Of a DNA stretch of 64,000 nt, positions 12,101 through 22,948 are shown in pieces. The translations under genes were made by a program, and so were the position numbers. The notes beneath the pieces were generated by a model, which was not told the DNA's origin, made no database searches, and was given only the letters and a program-made list of their open reading frames with translations. Source of the DNA: Paraspadella gotoi. Taxonomy: Eukaryota > Animalia > Chaetognatha. Each line of letters opens with the position of its first letter. Position 1 is the first letter of the stretch. The stretch spans positions 23,525,449 through 23,589,448 of the forward strand of contig CM119265.1 of the NCBI GenBank assembly GCA_051294375.1, in the 5' to 3' direction.

Positions 12101-15100
12101 TATCTCTTAATGTTTTCCATCATGCGAGATCTTTTACAAAAATTTTCAGTAAAATCTACCCATTATCTGGTTCCCTGCTGATTTTAAAAAATTGTTTTGG
12201 CTACAAAGCAGAGAGTTTTTAGTTTATATGATTTTGTCATGCTTTGTAATCTTCTGACTTCAGACTTCAGAGCTCAGTACGTATTTTGTTAACATTTTTT
12301 AAATAATAATCTATATCATTATTTTATTCATCAGTCTGTTAAAAATTTTAAAAAAATACTGAAACATTGTTAAAAATATCATTTTTTAAAAAAATTTTAT
12401 CAAAAATTACCCAAAACAATAGGTTTTAAAAAAATTTTCCTTATAGTAAAAAACTAACTTAATTTATAATGCGAGCTATGTAACGTAGTCAATTTTTTCC
12501 GCTCTACAAGATAGTTTGGGTTTCGTCCCTCTAGCAATAAAGCTTTTAAAGATATTTAGCAAAAAGTCCATTTTTTACAATTTTTTTTCATTTTTTTTCA
12601 AAGTTGGTAGCATTTACTGTAAATTTTTTTTTGAAGAAAAATGTTCAAAAAATTCATATGATGTATGGGCACCTTTTACACAATACTCGTTTTTTGATTT
12701 CAAAACTTTTCATATATGGCAAGGTCTAATGCCTATACAATATGTATCACCGAAAAAACATGGCGCCGATGAACTTTTGAAATTCGATGGAGACGTAAAG
12801 CGCGACGGGCACCACGTAGTTGAATATGACGAGGAAGAGGAGGAAGTCCGACCATTTGGTGGGCGTGGAGAAGTTGAACTCTCGCTGAATGATAAAATCG
12901 TCGAGCGTGTGATGGGCGGCGGCGCAGGCGGCGATCTCCACCGCCAGATAAGCGATGAGCACGACGATAATCTTGTTCATCGTTCGCTCGGCCGTCGAAA
13001 ATTTGTTCGCCGTGATCTTCAGATTTAGCGCCATCTTTGTTTGTTGGCCAGAGTAGGCGGCGCAACCGTAGACGAAGTCCGTCTCTTTGAGAGTGGAGCC
13101 GCTGACGAGGAGATTGGGGGCGTTGAGGGGGATGAGCTGGGGAGGGAGGGGTGGGGGTTAGTGGGGTATCGTGGGTGGGGAAGGGAACGGGGTGAGAGAC
13201 GAAATAAATAATCAAGATCGAAAAACTATTCACAATGTGAATTTCACATATCTGTGGGAGCAAAATAAAAAGGGTGAATGTTTAAAATAAACTGAAAATA
13301 AAATCGAACCAACGGTAAAAATATCTAAAACTCAATGACCTTGCACTATATCTAGCTACCATAAATCGTTCATCTTTCATTTGACCGAGAAAATTCTACA
13401 AACCTCTTTTTTCTGGCCCACCATGAGATACATTCTCCCCTCGAACTTGTAGAGATCTGAATGGGGCTGCTCGCATTCCACGACCGCTTGAAGATCCTTC
13501 AAGGAAGCGGCCGTGTTGAAGCGGGCCGTCCCGTTGGGGGGCGTTTCGATTCGCTTCAGATTCGTCTCGCCGTCCAGGTTGGCTGGAAAGGATAGTGGAT
13601 TTGGTGGAGGTGACTAACAAATCAAGGTACGTTAGGTTCCGTGGTGTAACGGTTAGCACTCAGGACTTTGAATCCTGCAATCCGAGTTCAAATCTCGGCG
13701 GGACCTGTCTCGAGTATTATAATTGAAATATATTGATTTTTGTCTTTGCATTTCAATTTTTGCAAAACCTTGATTAAATCACTTTTTTTTAAAAGGAGAA
13801 CATAAAAATTTAAGAATTGTNNNNNNNNNNAAAAAATTCTTAAATTTTTATTATGATAGCAAATGCTATTGTAAATGCTACTTGAACAAAAGTTTTTAAG
13901 GTGTGACTCATCACTAATTAAAAAAAATCTAACAAAAAATGATATTACATTGCAAAATGGTTTGTATTGGAACTCTGAATCTTACACTGAAAGTTCAAAT
14001 CACAACAGATTGAGCCGATTTGTATTTTAACCAAACAAATTAGAGAACCTGGGAAGATCTCATGGTGTTATGGTCATCACTCAGGACTTTAAATCCTACA
14101 ATCCGAGTTCGAATCTCGGAGAGAGCATTTAAAATATTATTTTGATTTTATTATGATAATAAAGTTTCTAATGCACAATTATTAAGAAGGTCCCATGGTG
14201 TAACGGTTAGCACTCAGGACTCTGAATCCTGCGATCCGAGTTCAAATCTCGGTGGGACCTGGTTACCATTTGAAATAAACTTTTTTTAGAAAACTTTTTT
14301 TTTGATAATGTCTGGTGACTCGAATTGACCTCAGTCATAAGGATGACTTAAGTCACAAAGCTTTTTTTTCCCTGAAATACAATGAAGCCTGGGTCGTTGT
14401 CATCTGTCCTCCATCTTTCCTCTCTTTCTCATCGACGTCGAAATAATTATTACTAATAACATTCTCATCATTGTAATGTTTCTTTTCCTTCAAGACTATC
14501 GTCATTTTTATATACGTTTTTGATTCATGTAATAAGTTTTGCATAAGGTAATTTGATCTTGTTTGTAAACAAAGCATTTTGTCTTTGTTATTGTCTTTAT
14601 ATGTAGTTAATAAAAAAATAATTAAATTAAACCAACAACTTAATTCTTTGTGATAAAATATACGTAGCTCACGTAGAAAACAGGTTTGCAAAGGAATTGC
14701 GCAGGGCAGAGCAAGTACCAAAAGAAAAAAAAATTGAATAAAATAAAGGTCAAGAAAAATATAAAATATATCAGAAAACTGGAACAAAAAGTAATCTAAC
14801 CTTGTGTTGTGTAGATGCACATTTCCAGAAGACAACACTAACATCCCCAAAATGCCCCATCCCAAACAAATAAATAATATTATATTTAAATATTTTATTC
14901 AAAAAATATTTTAACAAATAACTAAATTCATAAATAATAATTATTTTTATATCTAAAAAATAAAGATAATGAAACAAATAATTTTGCAACATTCATGATA
15001 GGTTACATCATGTAATGGCAGACACTTACAGATGGGTCCCATGGTGTAACGGTTAGCACTCAGGACTCTGAATCCTGCAATCCGAGTTCGAATCTCGGTG

Positions 15101-16544
15101 GGACCTTATAACCTTTTAGAAAATACTATGAGCCGATTTATGACTATGCCAATTAAAATCTCTCCGGGACTTTCAAAAGTGGAAATTTCAATATTCCAAA
15201 TCATTGCTAAGTCCATTTCATGTTCAAAACTATTATAAAAACTTATTATGTATGGGTTCTATTTTTAAACCTTTGATTATTCAACGATTTCATTAGACTA
15301 TCGGGGCCAATTCCCATTTCCCGAAGAAACCTTCAGATGAAACCACCCCACTTATCAACTCCAAATGCCATCCCTCGCCACTCCCAATGCCATCCCTGAC
15401 CACCCCTGACTACGCCCCTATTTCTACCTACCCGTTGTGACAAAGCAGGATCCGTTCTCGTTGATGGAAGAGAGCAGCACCATGTCGCAGGGAATCGTCT
15501 GCTCGTTGGTGACTTTGACGATGTCGCCGATGACGACGTCGCGGGCGCGGACGCTGCACTCGGCGCCGTCACGGACGACGACGGTGGGCGCGTCATTGAC
15601 GGCCTTGTCCGCGCGATGGCGCATGTAGTCCTCGAAACCCTGGGGAAACGGAGAAAGGTGCTTCTGTTTGTTATGCTAAAGTGACATAACAAGGCCCCGT
15701 GGTGTAACGGTTAGCACTCAGGACTTTGAATCCTGCGATCCGAGTTCAAATCTCGGCGGGACCTCATAGTTCATGTTACGTAATCCGATGTGAATTAATT
15801 ACACAGATATTTTTTTTTTGATAAGGTACGAATATTCCTCTGAAAATACATATATTTTTTCTTAATTTCTGTTCTTTTTTTCTAATTACTTCTTCCTTCT
15901 CTTTTTTATTACTTTTACTCCCTATTTTCTTCATTTTTTTTCATTAATTATCAATTAATATGGAGGAAAAGTAATAAAAAAAGAGAAGGAAGAAAAAATT
16001 TTAAAAAAAGAACAGAAATTAATTAATTAATTAATTAAATCATCATTCATTCATTCATTATTTTCTCCATTTGTTTCTTTTTCTTTTTCTTTCATTTCAA
16101 CCTCTCATTTTTTCTATCTTTCTATCTTTCTATCCCGCTCTTCTCCGTTCCCACCCATCCCCTCCCCCCCCCCTCCGAATCTCCCACCTGCTTCAACGCT
16201 GTGACGGTGATGACGAAGCAAAGCGAGAATACGCTGGGAAAGGGCGAGACGGGGGAGTCGACGGAGAGTTGGACGATGGCCACGAACAAGAAGAAGCAGT
16301 TGGCGATGCGGCGGAACTGTTCGAAGAGGTTCTTCGGCACGAAGCTCCACCACTCGTACTTCGAGGTCTTGACGACGTTGTCAGGGAAACGCGTCGGCAG
16401 CGTCGGAGGATCGTCGAGGAGTCGCTGGCGGTGTTCCCACGATTCGCCGACGAAGATGACTCGATTGGCAGCGGCGGCGGCTGCGGCGGCCGGGGAGCGG
16501 CGGCGCAGGAGGAAGGACATTCTTTCCCCGGGGGTGGATTCCAT
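6800..16544 (-). CDS. ATP11: P4-type phospholipid-transporting ATPase (flippase), ATP11 class, about 1110 aa, 12 exons
   Basis: Exons 16544-16188, 15639-15432, 13582-13404, 13136-12751, 12029-11822, 11625-11521, 10950-10761, 10173-9929, 9615-9355, 9111-8815, 8535-8337 and 7504-6800. All are GT-AG; phases match except exon 10, which has two apparent 1-nt deletions. Motifs: [117 protein letters not shown]. Confidence 0.95.
8081..8260 (-). mobile_element. Helentron-associated (DINE-1/HINE-like) non-autonomous repeat end
   Basis: Minus strand reads TTTTTAGCCG..CGGCTCTCTAA (short palindrome), followed by a (GTCC)n microsatellite. The same end recurs at 18580-18637 and a related one at 33163-33263. 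Confidence 0.5.
10280..10351 (+). tRNA. tRNA-Gln(CTG), intronic, antisense to ATP11
   Basis: 72-nt cloverleaf GGTCCCATGG..CAGGA CT CTG AA TCCTG..GTTCGAATC..GGGACCT, followed by a T-run terminator. Confidence 0.97.
10487..10616 (+). pseudogene. Decayed tRNA-Gln copy plus isolated 3' half
   Basis: GTCCCATGGTGTAAT..AGTTCGAGT..GGACTTTTT (10487-10556) and GTTCAAATCTCGGTGGGACCT (10596-10616). Confidence 0.7.
11152..11223 (+). tRNA. tRNA-Gln(CTG)
   Basis: Intact cloverleaf with a compensated G7-C66 pair and a T-run downstream. Confidence 0.97.
11385..11456 (+). tRNA. tRNA-Gln(TTG)
   Basis: Cloverleaf with CT TTG AA loop; two extra G-T wobbles; no immediate T-run. Confidence 0.9.
13635..13706 (+). 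tRNA. tRNA-Gln(TTG)
   Basis: GGTTCCGTGGTGTAACGG..CAGGACTTTGAATCCTG..GGCGGGACCT, intact. Confidence 0.95.
13943..14012 (+). pseudogene. Heavily decayed tRNA-Gln(CTG) remnant
   Basis: Residual AATGGTT..ACTCTGAATC..AGTTCAAATC at tRNA-like spacing. Confidence 0.5.
14056..14127 (+). pseudogene. tRNA-Gln-derived copy with TTA (ochre-suppressor type) anticodon, probably a pseudogene
   Basis: GATCTCA TG GTGT TATGGTCA TCAC T CAGGA CT TTA AA TCCTA CAAT CCGAG TTCGAAT CTCGG AGAGAGC A. T-arm and B box are intact; mismatches at 2:71, 7:66, 13:22 and 27:43. Confidence 0.85.
14189..14260 (+). tRNA. tRNA-Gln(CTG)
   Basis: Intact 72-nt cloverleaf. Confidence 0.96.
15035..15106 (+). tRNA. tRNA-Gln(CTG)
   Basis: Identical to the 10280 copy; preceded by a decayed 5' half at 15001-15027. 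Confidence 0.96.
15693..15764 (+). tRNA. tRNA-Gln(TTG)
   Basis: GGCCCCGTGG..CAGGACTTTGAATCCTG..GGCGGGACCT; one C3-A70 mismatch. Confidence 0.92.
15863..16021. repeat. Imperfect inverted repeat of about 60 bp in ATP11 intron 1
   Basis: TAATTTCTGTTCTTTTTTT..TTCTTCCTTCTCTTTTTTATTACTTTT is reverse-complementary to AAAAGTAATAAAAAAAGAGAAGGAAGAA..AAAAAAAGAACAGAAATTA. Confidence 0.75.
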
Positions 16545-17286
16545 TCAGGGGTGGATCGAGGTGGGGTGGCGTGTGGGTGCTGGCGGTGATGAGGACGAGA
16601 GAGGGCGTGGAGATGTAGTTAACGACTCATTGCGGTGAAAACTGTTGTGTTGTGCGAGGGCAGTGGGGGGCTGATCGGGAATTTGGAACAGTTGAAATAA
16701 TCATAAGGCGACTAGAGGAGACCGAAAACCGGATTGGGATCTTAGGTGATGGGTGATTGGGTGTATCTTAAAGCAGTTATTGTTAATTTTGATGCTGAGG
16801 TTTAAATTGTTCAGATTGCTTTTTTATTGTTTGAGGAGATATGCAAATTTTTCTTTTTTAAGGAGCTCGTTATAATTTACGAAAAAACTAAAAGATAATA
16901 TTTTTTTTATTGTTTTTTTTTATCACAGATTTGCGGAGAATGTTTTTTTTTCACTTTTCACTGTTTATCATTTTTTTGAGTAAAGTTAACATTTTTTTTT
17001 ATTATTTAACGAACGAATTTTTTCCTCTCAAGCAAAGCGAGTACATCTTTCGCTGAAAAAAAAACAGAGATCGAAACGTATGTAAACAAACAAACGTAAA
17101 CAAAACAAATAAAGATCAATAAATATAGACATTTAGTGAGTGCAAGGATCCGGAAAAAGAAGGAAAAGCAGGAAAATTCTTATCGAAGCGAAAGAAATGA
17201 CAATTTTTGTCAGGAAATAAAGGAAATGAGTAGGAAGCCAAGTCACCCCAACCATCGCCACCAAATAATAAAAAAAGGATCCAATC

Positions 17287-17525
17287 CTAAACGTTTTCAA
17301 TGACACTGTAGATCCACCCCAGGTGGTTCTGCACTCTGGTGTAGACTCCGGGCATCTTGGCGGCGGCGCAGTGATATCCGAAGCTCGTCAGGCCCACCAC
17401 TATGAACTTTTGCTGTCGCTCGATCAAGAGTGGTCCGCCGCTGTCGCCGCGACAAGTGTCAACGCCGCCTTCAGGGTAGGCGGCGCAAACGTCGTCGTCT
17501 GGAAGGGAAAAATAATAATAATAAT

Positions 17526-17621
<96 letters not shown>

Positions 17622-18360
17622 CAATGAATCAATGAAATATAAAAATCCATCAATCAATCGATCAATTCCTCAGCCTTCATTCGAATATTTAGGAAACTGG
17701 ATATGTTGAAGAAATCAGAACTTTAATCTATAAATTAATCAATTAAGGGAGAGGAGAGAATATACTATATTTATCAACCATTAGTCATGACATTATCCCG
17801 TCGAGTTTTTAATGTCTTTTTTTACAAAAGAAGTCATTACAAATATGGAAATTAATTCAATTTATTCGTTGATTCCGTACTTATTCGATGAAAAGATAAA
17901 TTTTTCAAGCAATCATTCAAAAAAAAAGCTTGAAACAAATGGGGGATAAATGATATAATCAAGCACCAAGCATTCATTCCCAACCTCCTCACTTACCTTC
18001 TTTTCACTTACCCTGAATGCTGAGCGATTCTCCGCCCAACTCGTTCACCCACTTTTGACACAACGAGTTGTTCACCAACGGAATCGACGCCGCCTGCAAT
18101 TTCGGCGTCCCCTTTCCAGCGTCGTTGCTCGTGAATCCCCAACCGGCGACGACGCCGTGCGATCCCGGCGCGTAGAGGTCCTCGCCGGCGCCGTCGATGA
18201 TGAGAGCGGACGGCGTCGGCGGAAGACACGCCGGTTGGACGTAGAAGGTCCGTTTGAGCGGCGTGACTCGGAGAAGAGCGATGTCGTTGTGGTATTGATC
18301 TTTTGACCGTGGCGGGTGTCGGTGGCCTGGGGAGGGGTGGGTGGAAGAGAAGTTAGAGAA

Positions 18361-18434
<74 letters not shown>

Positions 18435-20948
18435 GAGAGAGAGAGAGAGAGAGAGAAGGAGAGTAAGAGAGAGATAATTGAATTGCGTATACCGATGATA
18501 TCAATTATATTCTAATTTATTATAATTCGATATTCTGAGATGATCTAAATGATTTACCGATAATATTTAGGGGTGTGATCGACGGATTGACAAATTATAG
18601 AGCCGGGATCTTCTGAACGCAGATCCGGCTAAAAAAATACTGACGACGGCAGAACCGATATAATAAAATGACAAAACAAAACAAACCAAAAACGAGGAAA
18701 AACAACTCTCCGGGTGAACGACAACTAATTCGAGCTAAGACATTAAATAAACAAAAAAGAGCAGTCCCCCTTAAATGATTTAAAAAAACACCTGAAAAAA
18801 ACACAATCCAGGTTGCTGAATGTCAACATTAAACAGCAAGGATATTTAATTAGTGGTATGCCACGATAACCGTTTTCCTTTCAAATAACAAATTAACAGT
18901 AATTTAAAAAAACCACAGGTCTCGTGGTGTAATGGTTAGCACTCAGGACTTTGAATCCTGCGATCCGAGTTCAAATCTCGGCGAGACCTTAAAAAAAAAG
19001 AAAAAGTGGTGATAACAACTTTTGTGGACATTATAATAGCCTTTTCTTTAAACATACTTAGTTAAAATAACTACCTTAAGCTTGTAACCATCGTGGGGGA
19101 CGACCTCGAGCACCTCCAACTCTTGCTCGAATCCCGAGAGCCTCTCGACGTCCGTCTCTCCGACGAAGACTTTGTAGAATCGCGGGTCGCGTTGGAGGTC
19201 GAAGCAGTGAGCCGCTGTGAGGATCCAATCGTCGGCAATCACGGTGCCACCGCAATGAGTGGTCTGTGATCCGAGAGTGTTCGATTTGTGGGTAATCTTT
19301 ACGGGAGAAGTGGATAGTACTATAAATTTTAATATATCTGAAATAATTAACTAAGATTCTCTTAGTAAGAAGGAAAGTAAGTAAAAGAAGTACATTGTAC
19401 TATAGCGACTAAAAACCTGAGCGATCCACGGAAAGGCGCCGTTCCTGGCCGTTTGCCCGCCCACCACTCTGCCGGCGTCGTCAAGCGGCGGCGGCGTCTG
19501 ATAGACGCGGCGACGACCGCAGCCGACGCGCCATTCGAAATCGTCCAGCGGCTGCTTGAAGCAGCGCACGACTGACGGAGCCGCGACGCTGTCGTCGAAG
19601 CAGCAGCCTTCCGTGGTTTCGCAGAGAGCGCGGTTCTTCTCGAGTTCCGGGGAATTTTTCTGAGAGGGAGAATTAATTTATTTTTTAGAGGATTTAGCTA
19701 TCTTTCAAGATTTGGTTAGTTTAAAATTATAAAGTTTATTTTCAAATTCAAACATTTTAAAACTTTAAAATTAGAAGAGTTTGAAATTAATTTTCAACAA
19801 CGATTTATTTTTTTATTTTTTTAATTTTTTTGTTGTTGAAAATTAATTTCAAACTCTTCTAATTATTACACAACGAAACTAAAAGATTATACCACAACTT
19901 TAAAATTTAAAACATTTCAAAATGTTATGATTATGTGAATTAACTTTTTCACAGGATTTTTAATGCTTTTCTAGAGAGAAAAAAAATCCAGTAAATGATT
20001 TAAAGGCCAAGGGAAATTGTGAAATTGTGAAATTTAAATAAAATACCTGACACGATCTCCTATTTTTGGGCTTGACCAGATTGCAGACGTGATTGCTCGA
20101 GTAGAAACAAGTGGGCACGCCCTTCATCTCCGCCTGATAGCAGCAGCCGCGGCGTCTGACGCATTCGTCCCGCGTGACGTCCTGAGGTCCGCAGCTCCGT
20201 CGCTTGCAGACGGGCATGATGAAGCAGCCCTCCATCCCGAACTCATCGCGCGCAGTTTCGTTGAACTTGTGGACCGTCATGAAGTCCTGGGAAGCGGGAA
20301 GGGGGGGGGGAGAAATATTTGGTTTTGAAAAGTTGTCGAAAGTGTTGTTGACGTAGGGTTGGAATGAGAAAACTAATTAACGTTGCCATTGGCAAGAAGA
20401 CCAGTATAAAATCTATACTAATAAATGGTTTTCTGTTTTCTGTAAGTAAAATTCAATTGATCTGTCATGGTTTGCAAAAGGCAGCTTTTTTTAGCGGAGT
20501 GTTTCAAATTGTCTCGATGTGCTGTTTCGCTCTTTTACTTTACGGCATCACGGTATCACGGCATCGACACCTGAAACTTTGCTCCTCCTCGACTGAGCGT
20601 CGCTGGAAGAAAAAACGGAAGCGATGGCGAGAGCAAAGATGCAGATGAGTCCAGCGGTTGTGACGATCCAGAGAGTTCGGTATGAGACCTTCTCTTGCCC
20701 CAGCATCGCCTGGAGGATAATTCATAAAACCGATTAACACAAAAAGGGAACATAAATAACGATGATAAAATGTCTTAAGATTATTTCTGTTCTTGGAGGT
20801 CGTTTTCAATTTAAAATTTGAGGAATTTATTACACATATTACATTTTTTTACACTTAAGTCTCAGTTGTAGTTTTCAGAGAAGGTCATTTGTGTTTTTGA
20901 GACAACATTAGGTCAACTTTCAAATAAAGCTCTAGAGAAAACGAATCA

Positions 20949-20994
<46 letters not shown>

Positions 20995-21493
20995 TTCTTT
21001 CTAACTCATTCTCTAACTCACCTTTAAACAAGGCGACAGCTTGAGCGACGAGGGAACCTCCACGGGCCTGTTCGTCGGCACGCTGTACAACTGCTCCTCG
21101 CGCTTGGCAGGGAGAGTCGGGGGCCGCAGCCTTGACAGGGGGGAGAAAGGGCGGGGCGGCCGCCGCGGCTGCTGGAGCGACACCTGTTTAGGGTTGGTAA
21201 ATTTGGGGAGAGGAGCAAATGAAATTCTACTTGTAAGGAAGCTGGGGCAACAGTCTGCAGCCCTTGCATAATCCACCATCGCCTTGAGATTAATTAAGCA
21301 AACTTACAAAAGACTTAAATTGAAAGAAAAAACATCGGAATATAGTTCGTCCGAGTTGTTTTTTTTTTTTATCTTTCACGAAAGATCGACAAAATCTTGT
21401 CACATTCGCGACTTCTCGAATCTGTCAGTCGTTTAGCTTAAAAGTCTTCGGCGGGGGGAATGGTTTTTTAATCAGTTAAGTGACTGCAAAGGA

Positions 21494-21564
<71 letters not shown>

Positions 21565-22282
21565 AAGCAAAAAAAAAATATCCCCAAGTTGAAGGTTATT
21601 TCCGCGTAAATCCTTTTTGTGTAAATGAAATGGATATAACTCTCTCTGTCTCTCTCTTTCTACCTCTAATATAAACCTCGAATTTTCCTAAATGTCAGAG
21701 TAAGAGAAATGAGAGAGAGTTATTTTCGTCTCCAGGGAGTAACGTCGAAGTCGCGCTCAGCGACGTCGTCGTCGGCATTGACGTCGTCTTGATCGTCGCA
21801 ATTCTTACATTCTCCCTTCATTTAGTCGTCGTTCTAAATATCTTTTTACCTACTTTCATCTCCGTCTGCTTTTGAGTCTCCTTTACCCGTAGTCGTCGCT
21901 GTCATAGTCGTCTTTGTTCCTCTTTCATCGGATATTGTTTTCGTCGTCGTCGTTGTCGATTCAACTTCCTCCGTTCGCGAATGGCGACGAGCAAGCTGAC
22001 GTCAACCGTAAACGCCGCATCAGCCGCCGCCGCAGCCGCCGCCAACCGACGTCATTCATTGCGATGACGTCAAAAACTTACTTCCTCGATTTCCTCCTCG
22101 GCAACAGCGTAGATGGAATCGCCGGCGGCGTCGGCGGCTTCGTAATAGACATTCTGGGCGCTCCTTGCGGCGTGACGCCCGTTGGGGTCGCGAAAGCCCA
22201 TCTTTGGACTGCCGCCGTCGTCGTAGACGTCTTCCTCGGTCAGGGCCTCCAACGCCACCGAGCGATCGGGCCAGCGAGACAT
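17287..22282 (-). CDS. Type II transmembrane trypsin-like serine protease with two trefoil (P-type) domains, 8 exons
   Basis: Exons 22282-22082, 21183-21022, 20709-~20560 (TM: LWIVTTAGLICIFALAIASVF; donor uncertain), 20286-20047, 19659-19417, 19296-19075, 18326-18012 and 17498-17287. Trefoil Cys patterns C..RRSCG..VTRDEC..GCCY..GVPTCFY and CNLVKPKNRRSC..LC..GCCFD..VRCF. Activation site R|VVGG, triad TAAHC / DIALL / GDSGGP, S1 Asp (VDTC). One homopolymer frameshift near 18301. Confidence 0.9.
17510..17621 (+). repeat. (AAT)n microsatellite
   Basis: Visible directly, in the last protease intron. Confidence 0.95.
18580..18637 (-). mobile_element. Second copy of the HINE-like repeat end
   Basis: TTTTTTTAGCCGGATCTG..AGAAGATCCCGGCTCTATAA matches 8221-8260. 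Confidence 0.5.
18918..18989 (+). tRNA. tRNA-Gln(TTG), in protease intron
   Basis: GGTCTCG/CGAGACC acceptor stem with compensated T5-A68; intact arms. Confidence 0.96.
19769..19864. repeat. Perfect 33-bp inverted repeat with 30-nt T-rich spacer (intronic hairpin)
   Basis: AATTAGAAGAGTTTGAAATTAATTTTCAACAAC (19769-19801) is the exact reverse complement of 19832-19864. Confidence 0.9.
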
Positions 22283-22890
22283 TTCGAATTGCGAGGGCGT
22301 GGAGAGATGGGGGTCGGTTGAAGTGTGGTCGAGTTAAGCGTGGTGTTAAGTGTGGGGGCGTGGCCTGTAAGGCGGAGGAGAGAGAAAAAGTGAGGGGAGC
22401 TGTGGGCGGAAGAAGTGCGGGTAGAGTGGGCAGTTTGAAGGGAAGTGTGGTGAGATGGTAGATGTGGAAAAAATGTAAACGGTAGTGAATTGTTGGAAGC
22501 GGAAGTTTAAAAGCAAAGATGGCGGTTTTAGCGATAAAACAACTGCTAATTGTTCGTTTATGATATTGTTAGTTTTTTTTTCTTCGTTTTTTGATCTGAA
22601 CTTCCAAATTCTATTTGAAAAAGCGGGAATTCGTTTTGTTGTTTTTTGTCTCTCTGGAGATTCGAGATTTTTCGACGTTTTTTCTTCCTTTTTTAACTCG
22701 ATTTTTCTTTTCTTTGAGGTGAATCAGTTTAGGGAGATTTTTTGTCGGAAAGTTCAAATTAATTAGAATCCTTTTGTCTTAAGTAACACGGAAAGAAGAA
22801 GAGAAAGAAGACTTTGCTTGTTTTTCACTTTTGTTTTTATTGTCGATTTTTAGCCAAATTTCCGTTTCGTTGTTTCGTCGTCGAGACGCT

Positions 22891-22948
<58 letters not shown>

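Noticed and set aside
1-18330. Pseudogene status or programmed frameshifting in collagen, ATP11 exon 10 and the protease
   Set aside because: The shifts are isolated 1-nt indels, catalytic motifs and splice sites are intact, and the assembly shows pervasive indel noise.
6800-22282. Genome-wide UAA/UAG-to-Gln code reassignment suggested by the TTA tRNA
   Set aside because: No in-frame TAA/TAG seen in conserved exons, and genes terminate at TAA and TAG.
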